This document shows positions 59,090 through 64,000 of a DNA stretch of 64,000 nt, in pieces. The translations under genes were made by a program, and so were the position numbers. The notes beneath the pieces were generated by a model that was not told where the DNA came from, did not search any database, and worked only from the letters and a program-made list of their open reading frames with translations. Within the stretch, counting starts at the first letter, position 1; each line of letters opens with the position of its first letter. Origin of the DNA: Candidatus Paceibacter sp. (GTDB lineage: Bacteria > Patescibacteriota > Patescibacteriia > S139-126); NCBI GenBank assembly GCA_020724865.1, contig DYGA01000005.1, positions 4,094 to 68,093 on the forward strand, in the 5' to 3' direction.

Positions 59090-59119
59090 TGTTATGTGTT
59101 ACATGCTAAATGTTACATG
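59090..59119 (-). repeat. Heptamer-unit repeat R4, inverted orientation (exact reverse complement of CATGTAACACATAACA at 59090-59105, plus a second tgttacatg)
   Basis: It begins 4 nt after the stop of the four-helix-bundle gene. Confidence 0.75.
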
Positions 59120-59582
59120 AAATAAAACGCCCGTATCTGGCATAAAGGAAGACACGGACGTTTGCACCAACCGTTGCCGTCCTGGCAACAAAATGTTTGT
59201 GGCGCTATTTATATTGTAAAAATATTTTTTCATTATAGTCAAATATTTTCTGGTTGTGGATAACTTTATTTATTTAAATTATTTATTAAGTATTGAGTAG
59301 CAATTATTAAGTTTTATGAATAAAGAAATAATTTTGATTTTTTTACTGAGTTTGTATCTTGTTTTGTGAGTTATTTAGTATTTATAAAATTAAAATTTAC
59401 AATAAACATATGAAAAAAAATAAATTTTTTCTTAAACCCTATTTATTAATCAGAAAGCCAAAATCAGTATTACCGAAACGTAGTATATATTCTTTGACTT
59501 TTGGCCAGTGGCCACGTTTTTCCCGTAGCTAGTTTATTAAACACTAAATCCTATATCCTGCATCCTAAATCCTAAATTTTTT

Positions 59583-59831
59583 ATGCACGAAAAAATTAAT
59601 CAAACAATTGATGTTGAAGTAATATTTTTGCATAATCGAGTAATTCCAAGGAGTTTTTCCTGGCAAGGAGTAATTTATCGTATTAAAACTTTAGGGCTTA
59701 GACATGATACTTATATAGGCAGAGAAAAAATACATTATTTTTCCGTATCAGATGGAGTTAATTTTTTCCGTTTGCGTTTTTCTGGCGACAGTTTAATTTG
59801 GCAATTGGAAGAAATTTATAATGACATGTAA
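59583..59831 (+). CDS. Hypothetical 82-aa protein upstream of dinB
   Basis: ORF whose TAA stop is supplied by repeat R5. It has no clear family. By position it could be a polymerase accessory (UmuD/YolD-like role), but that is unsupported by sequence. Confidence 0.35.
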   Translation: MHEKINQTIDVEVIFLHNRVIPRSFSWQGVIYRIKTLGLRHDTYIGREKIHYFSVSDGVNFFRLRFSGDSLIWQLEEIYNDM

Positions 59832-59854
59832 CACATAACATTTAACCTGTAACA
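59825..59854 (+). repeat. Heptamer-unit repeat R5 (exact CATGTAACACATAACA at 59825-59840, then tttaacc tgtaaca)
   Basis: It contains the stop of the 82-aa ORF and lies 38 nt upstream of the dinB start. Confidence 0.75.
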
Positions 59855-59891
59855 AATAATAATTAATTTTATGAAGGGCGAGGATATTATC

Positions 59892-61091
59892 ATGCACGTT
59901 GATATGAATTCGTACTTTGCCACAGTTGAACAGCAAGCCAATCCATTATTGCGTGGTAAGCCAGTAGGAGTATGCGCCTATTTATCGCCCAAGGGTTGCA
60001 TTATTGCTGCTTCTCAGGAAGCCAAAAAATTTGGCGTACGGACGGGTATGCGGGTTAGTGAAGCAAAAAAAATTTGCCCTCAAATTATCTTGTTGGCAAA
60101 TGATCCTGATAAATATAGATTTATTTCCCGGCAGATATTTTCTGTTCTCAAAAAAATATCTGATGATGTAGAAGTTTATTCTATTGACGAGGCATTTATT
60201 GATTTGACTGGATTAGCAAAAGATTTTAATGTCGCTCAAGCGATTGCTAAAAAAATAAAACAAACAATTAGAGATGAAATTGGTAGTTATCTAACTTGTT
60301 CAATAGGAATATCCCACACCAGATGGTTGGCAAAATTTGCTTCCGAAGAAAATAAACCAGACGGTTTAACTATTATTACCCAACAAGATTTAGCAAATAT
60401 ATTTAAAGACCGCCCTTTACAGCATGCTTGGGGCATAGGTCGGGCTTTGGAGTGCCGTTTACAACTTTTAGGTATAGAAAATTTATACCAGTTGCAACAT
60501 AGTTCACCCAGTTTTTTGCAAACTAATTTAGGTTGGTATGGGTATTATTTGTGGTGTCATCTCAATGGTATTGAAGTCGAAGGGGTTGATGCTCAACGGA
60601 ATCAGTTGCCAAAATCAATTGGACATTCTTATTGTTTGCCTAAGATAACAAATGATAAAGATTATTTAGTGAGAATAATGTCCAAATTAACCTGGCAAGC
60701 CGCTAGCCGGATGCGTTCATTAAATCTGCAAACTGGTAAAATTAGTTGTGGTTACCATAATGTTGCTGGGCAAACATTGTTTCGTAGCTGGAAATTGCCC
60801 CGATATTTATATGATTCAGTTGATATTATAAAACAAGCATTACTTTTATTTACTCAACCAATTATCAGTAAAATAAATTTTTTAGCTGTTAGTTTAAATG
60901 ATTTAGTTTTTAGATCAGGTCAGCTTTCATTTTTTACAGATGAAATAAAAAAAAGTAATTTAAATAAAGCCATAGATACTGTCAATAATAAATTTGGCAA
61001 GTTTACATTATTGCCAGGTAGTCTAATAAATTTTCGTGAATTTCCACCTGATAGAATAGGGTTTAGAAAAAACATAAGATATGAATCTTGA
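59892..61091 (+). CDS. dinB: Y-family DNA polymerase (DinB/Pol IV-like)
   Basis: MHVDMNSYFATVEQ start, an SIDEAF(I)D catalytic motif, palm/fingers/thumb and little-finger domains. It is about 400 aa. Confidence 0.85.
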   Translation: MHVDMNSYFATVEQQANPLLRGKPVGVCAYLSPKGCIIAASQEAKKFGVRTGMRVSEAKKICPQIILLANDPDKYRFISRQIFSVLKKISDDVEVYSIDEAFIDLTGLAKDFNVAQAIAKKIKQTIRDEIGSYLTCSIGISHTRWLAKFASEENKPDGLTIITQQDLANIFKDRPLQHAWGIGRALECRLQLLGIENLYQLQHSSPSFLQTNLGWYGYYLWCHLNGIEVEGVDAQRNQLPKSIGHSYCLPKITNDKDYLVRIMSKLTWQAASRMRSLNLQTGKISCGYHNVAGQTLFRSWKLPRYLYDSVDIIKQALLLFTQPIISKINFLAVSLNDLVFRSGQLSFFTDEIKKSNLNKAIDTVNNKFGKFTLLPGSLINFREFPPDRIGFRKNIRYES

Positions 61092-61188
61092 GTATTAAGT
61101 CTAGATCATTTAATATGTTAAACAATTTTTGTTAAAGCCTAATTTTAACAGGGTGAATCCAATAAACTCAATTCTCACTATAACCCCA

Positions 61189-61217
61189 TTGATTTTTATT
61201 AAAAAGTGTGCTATAAT
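61189..61217 (+). promoter_or_regulatory. Putative promoter TTGATT-17-TGcTATAAT
   Basis: Extended -10 at 61207-61217. It would drive the 61274 gene. Confidence 0.35.
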
Positions 61218-61273
61218 TAATTTAGTTGATGTTAAAATCAATCAAAAATAAAAATAAAAATTAAAATAAAAAT

Positions 61274-61558
61274 ATGTTTAAAAAAATCAATAATCTTCGG
61301 CTTGATAAATATGCACACCACTTAGCTGTGACAAGTTTAGTGGTTTTTTTAATGGTTTTTAATTTTGCGATGTTTAATTATGCCTCGGCTGCTAGTGGTA
61401 GTAATGTTGATACCAAAGTAAACAATGCTTTAAATACGGTTACAGAAATTTATGATCGTAGCGCCAATTATATGTATGAGTATAGTGTTACTTGGGGAGA
61501 ATTGTTGTTGGGTTGGAATGATTTTATTATTGACACCTATTATATTTTACAAGATTAA
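61274..61558 (+). CDS. Small secreted protein (94 aa)
   Basis: Signal peptide/TM followed by a soluble tail. A terminator follows. Confidence 0.45.
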   Translation: MFKKINNLRLDKYAHHLAVTSLVVFLMVFNFAMFNYASAASGSNVDTKVNNALNTVTEIYDRSANYMYEYSVTWGELLLGWNDFIIDTYYILQD

Positions 61559-61578
61559 TTTTTGTATTTAGTTCCTCA

Positions 61579-61608
61579 ATCCCGCTATTTTCAGCGGGAT
61601 TTTTTTTA
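61579..61608 (+). terminator. Rho-independent terminator
   Basis: atcccgct-attttca-agcgggat stem followed by T7. Confidence 0.8.
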
Positions 61609-61667
61609 AATAATTTGTTATAATTTCAATATAATTTAACCAATAATTTTATAATTCTTTTAATATT

Positions 61668-62552
61668 ATGTGGCTTTGGTTAGTAGTAATTGCATATGTG
61701 TTAAATGCGTTAGCAACTTTGATATCTAAACGTTTATTAATAACATCTATTCCTCATCCTGTAGTATTTGTTTTTTATATTGGTGTATTAAACTTGTTGG
61801 CTTTGATACTTATTCCTTTTGGTTTTTTTATACCTAGCAATTTACAAATTTTTATAGCTCTGTTGTCGGGAGGTTCCTATGCGGCTGCTATGTATTATTT
61901 AGCAAAAGCTTTGCATATAGATCAAGCTTCACAAGTGGCTCCCATGATAGGAGGGTTGCAACCGATTTTTGTTTTGGCTTTTGCCTGGTGGTTTTTGCCC
62001 GAGGAGTTATTACTTAAACAGTATTTCGGGATATTTTTTTTGATTTTAGGTTCAATTTTAATGGCTTTAGAAATTGGTAGAAAAAGAATATTTACTGAAA
62101 GTTTTAAATTTATCATAATTTCCAGCGTTCTTTTTGGGTTTTCTTATGCCACTTTAAAACTGGTCTATCTGCAACAAAATTTTATTTCTGGTTTTATTTG
62201 GACTAGATTTGGCACATTTTTATTTGTTATTTTATTGATACTACTGCCAAATAATTGGGCTAAGGTTAGAGATAATTTCAAAGAATCTGGAGAAAAAGTT
62301 AAAGCTATTTTTGTAGTTGGGCAAATTTTGGGCGCACTTAGTTTTTTATTAATAGCTTTTGCTATATCTTTAGGGCCGGTAACTATTATAAATGCTTTAC
62401 AGGGTTTACAGTACGCTGTGTTGTTTATTATTATTTTGTTGTTGGCCAAAAAATATCCTGAATTGTTGGATGAACCACTTAGACGACCAATAGTAATTCA
62501 AAAAACTGTAGCTATTTTAATACTAATTGTTGGTTTGGCATTAGTTATTTAG
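61668..62552 (+). CDS. EamA/DMT-superfamily transporter
   Basis: 10 TM in two EamA-like halves. Confidence 0.55.
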   Translation: MWLWLVVIAYVLNALATLISKRLLITSIPHPVVFVFYIGVLNLLALILIPFGFFIPSNLQIFIALLSGGSYAAAMYYLAKALHIDQASQVAPMIGGLQPIFVLAFAWWFLPEELLLKQYFGIFFLILGSILMALEIGRKRIFTESFKFIIISSVLFGFSYATLKLVYLQQNFISGFIWTRFGTFLFVILLILLPNNWAKVRDNFKESGEKVKAIFVVGQILGALSFLLIAFAISLGPVTIINALQGLQYAVLFIIILLLAKKYPELLDEPLRRPIVIQKTVAILILIVGLALVI

Positions 62553-62572
62553 TTTTAATTTATATAATTTTT

Positions 62573-63577
62573 GTGTTTAAAATTTTAAAAAGAGCGTTTT
62601 ATTTTTCTTTTATTACACTGTTTATTTTTAGTGTTATTGGTATTTTTATGAAAAATTTTTCTCAAGAAAAAATAAAATGGGGAGTTACATATTCACAAAT
62701 TTATGCTAGAGAGTTGGGGCTTGATTGGCAACAAGCCTATTTAGATATATTAGATGATTTGCAAGTCAAAAATTTACGTTTGGTAGTTTATTGGCCGCTA
62801 GTTGAACCAAAAGTAGGTGAATTTGATTTTACTGATGTTGATTGGCAAATTGCCGAAGCACAAAAAAGAGGGGTTGATGTTATTTTAGCTATCGGTGAGA
62901 GAGTTCCGCGTTGGCCTGAATGTCATACTCCAGCTTGGGCAATAAACTTACCAGCTGAAGCAAAAGAAGACAGAGTTGTTATTTTGTACGAAGAAACTGT
63001 AAAACATTTTCAAATATATTCCAATATCACCGCTTGGCAAGTGGCCAATGAACCGTTTTTAAAAAGTTTTGGCAAGTGCAATGAAATAACTTCAGAACAG
63101 TTAGCTAATTATATAAAAATAATTAAAACCTATGATCAAAGAAAACGACCTATTATACTGACCGAATCAGGAGAACTTTCAACATGGATAAAAAGTGCAA
63201 AATTGGCTGATATCATTGGCACTTCACTTTATCGTACAGTTTGGAATCAGTATTTTGGTTATTGGCGTTATCCTTGGCCCCCAGCATATTATCGCTGGCA
63301 CGCTGATTTGATTATGAAATTTTATCCAGTAGAAAAAGTTATCATTTCTGAATTACAAGCTGAACCTTGGCCACCTGGAAAACATATTTTGCAGACAACT
63401 TTAGAAGAGCAATTTAAGTCTTTTGATTTAAAACGTTTGCAAGACAACATTTCTTATACGAAAAAAACTGGTTTTGATGAAGTTTATTTATGGGGAGTTG
63501 AATGGTGGTATTGGTTAAAAGAAAAACAAAATCATCCTGAATTTTGGCTGGAAGCTAAAAAAAGTTTTCAACAATAA
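62573..63577 (+). CDS. Clan GH-A (TIM-barrel) glycoside hydrolase, GH5/GH113/GH42-like, membrane-anchored
   Basis: N-terminal TM. Acid/base motif WQVANEP and nucleophile region ILTESG, with the typical spacing between them. Confidence 0.45.
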   Translation: MFKILKRAFYFSFITLFIFSVIGIFMKNFSQEKIKWGVTYSQIYARELGLDWQQAYLDILDDLQVKNLRLVVYWPLVEPKVGEFDFTDVDWQIAEAQKRGVDVILAIGERVPRWPECHTPAWAINLPAEAKEDRVVILYEETVKHFQIYSNITAWQVANEPFLKSFGKCNEITSEQLANYIKIIKTYDQRKRPIILTESGELSTWIKSAKLADIIGTSLYRTVWNQYFGYWRYPWPPAYYRWHADLIMKFYPVEKVIISELQAEPWPPGKHILQTTLEEQFKSFDLKRLQDNISYTKKTGFDEVYLWGVEWWYWLKEKQNHPEFWLEAKKSFQQ

Positions 63578-63664
63578 AATATTTTAAAAAAAATTTAAAT
63601 TTATTTTTTTAAATTTAGCCTAAATTTAAGTTTAAAAGTAAAAATTTAAAAAATTTAATACACA

Positions 63665-63690
63665 AAAATGGCTAATTTTAGCCATTTTTT
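63665..63690. promoter_or_regulatory. Second copy of the 16-bp palindrome TGGCTAATTTTAGCCA (63669-63684), terminator-like with a flanking T-run
   Basis: aaaatggctaattttagccatttttt. Confidence 0.45.
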
Positions 63691-63916
63691 ATTGAGTTTG
63701 AACAATAAATTTATCCACACGTCAGTTATTTGGTAAAAATTGGTATTTTATGTTATAATTTATCTGAAAAATAGTTTTTAAACATAACCAAAAGGTATTG
63801 AAAATTTTTATTTAAAAAACAATTTTTTAATCAATTATTTTAATTATTTATTACTGCCAATTATTGGCAGAAAAAAAATATAAAAAATCAATCTCGACCC
63901 TCGAGATACAAAGAAA

Positions 63917-64000
63917 ATGAAGACATACTTAAAAAAAATTACTGATAGTAAAAATTACATTACTCTCAAACAAGCAGCGGAAATTTCAGGATATTCTCCT
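63917..64000 (+). CDS. 5' end of a gene truncated by the window edge (MKTYLKKITDSKNYITLKQAAEISGYSP...), probable HTH-containing N-terminus
   Basis: ATG with an upstream A-rich region. ITLKQAAEISGYS resembles an HTH recognition segment. Confidence 0.3.
   Translation, partial: MKTYLKKITDSKNYITLKQAAEISGYSP

Noticed and set aside
59401-59523. A 40-aa ORF (MKKNKFFLKPYLL...) in the long spacer.
   Set aside because: It has no RBS and no recognisable family. It is kept only as a note under the spacer finding.
58730-59582. A diversity-generating retroelement (DGR), given the Avd-like four-helix-bundle gene.
   Set aside because: No reverse transcriptase and no recognisable TR/VR pair are in the window. 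The Avd-like gene is also disrupted.
57004-59854. A CRISPR array interpretation of the heptamer repeats.
   Set aside because: The units are 7 bp in direct tandem with no spacers. The copies are separated by whole genes. No cas genes are present.
57943-63719. Origin of replication.
   Set aside because: There are only isolated DnaA boxes. No dnaA/dnaN and no box cluster or AT-rich DNA unwinding element arrangement are present.
1-64000. An alternative genetic code (UGA or UAG reassignment) suggested by the in-frame TAG.
   Set aside because: TGA terminates rplD and TAG terminates sufS and the DUF192 gene at expected lengths. No other in-frame stops were found in conserved genes.

Overview
This is a low-GC, gene-dense bacterial chromosomal segment. 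TGA, TAA and TAG all act as stop codons, so the standard code 11 applies. It starts inside tuf and runs through a complete S10-spc-type ribosomal protein cluster (rpsJ through rplO), followed by secY, adk, map and ruvX/yqgF. rpmD (L30) is absent between rpsE and rplO, and L3, L22 and L23 carry lysine-rich or low-complexity extensions. Together with a GAD-less AspRS and the generally reduced proteins, this points by inference to a Patescibacteria/CPR-like organism.

Downstream gene content, in order:
- Envelope genes: a WecA-like GT4 transferase, a DUF192 lipoprotein, a lytic transglycosylase, a DD-carboxypeptidase and murB.
- rplU, then recR-ybaB-dnaB on the minus strand.
- Seven tRNAs: Lys-TTT, Asn-GTT, Thr-GGT, Tyr-GTA, Thr-TGT and Trp-CCA (with rpmG next to tRNA-Trp).
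- A cation-handling set: a P-type Ca-ATPase, two CaCA exchangers, a zur-zupT operon with a perfect 12-1-12 palindromic operator, and a YibE/F protein.
- asnS and a short aspS, HIT, YbaK, scpAB, tpiA-fba, pterin dehydratase, HU and an MFS transporter.
- An Rrf2-sufCBDS-sufU iron-sulfur operon.

The most unusual region is about 57.0-61.1 kb. Five copies of a 16-bp element built from 7-bp tandem units (YRTAACA) delimit lexA, an Avd-like four-helix-bundle gene interrupted by an in-frame TAG, an 82-aa ORF and a Y-family polymerase (dinB). The repeat supplies the stop codons of three genes.

Other oddities:
- A GC-rich island containing a G17 homopolymer next to tRNA-Lys.
- A degenerate half-copy of tRNA-Thr.
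- Several dispersed AT-rich repeat families.
- A multi-TM protein with a pseudopilin-like C-terminal domain.

No CRISPR array, transposase or integrase is visible.
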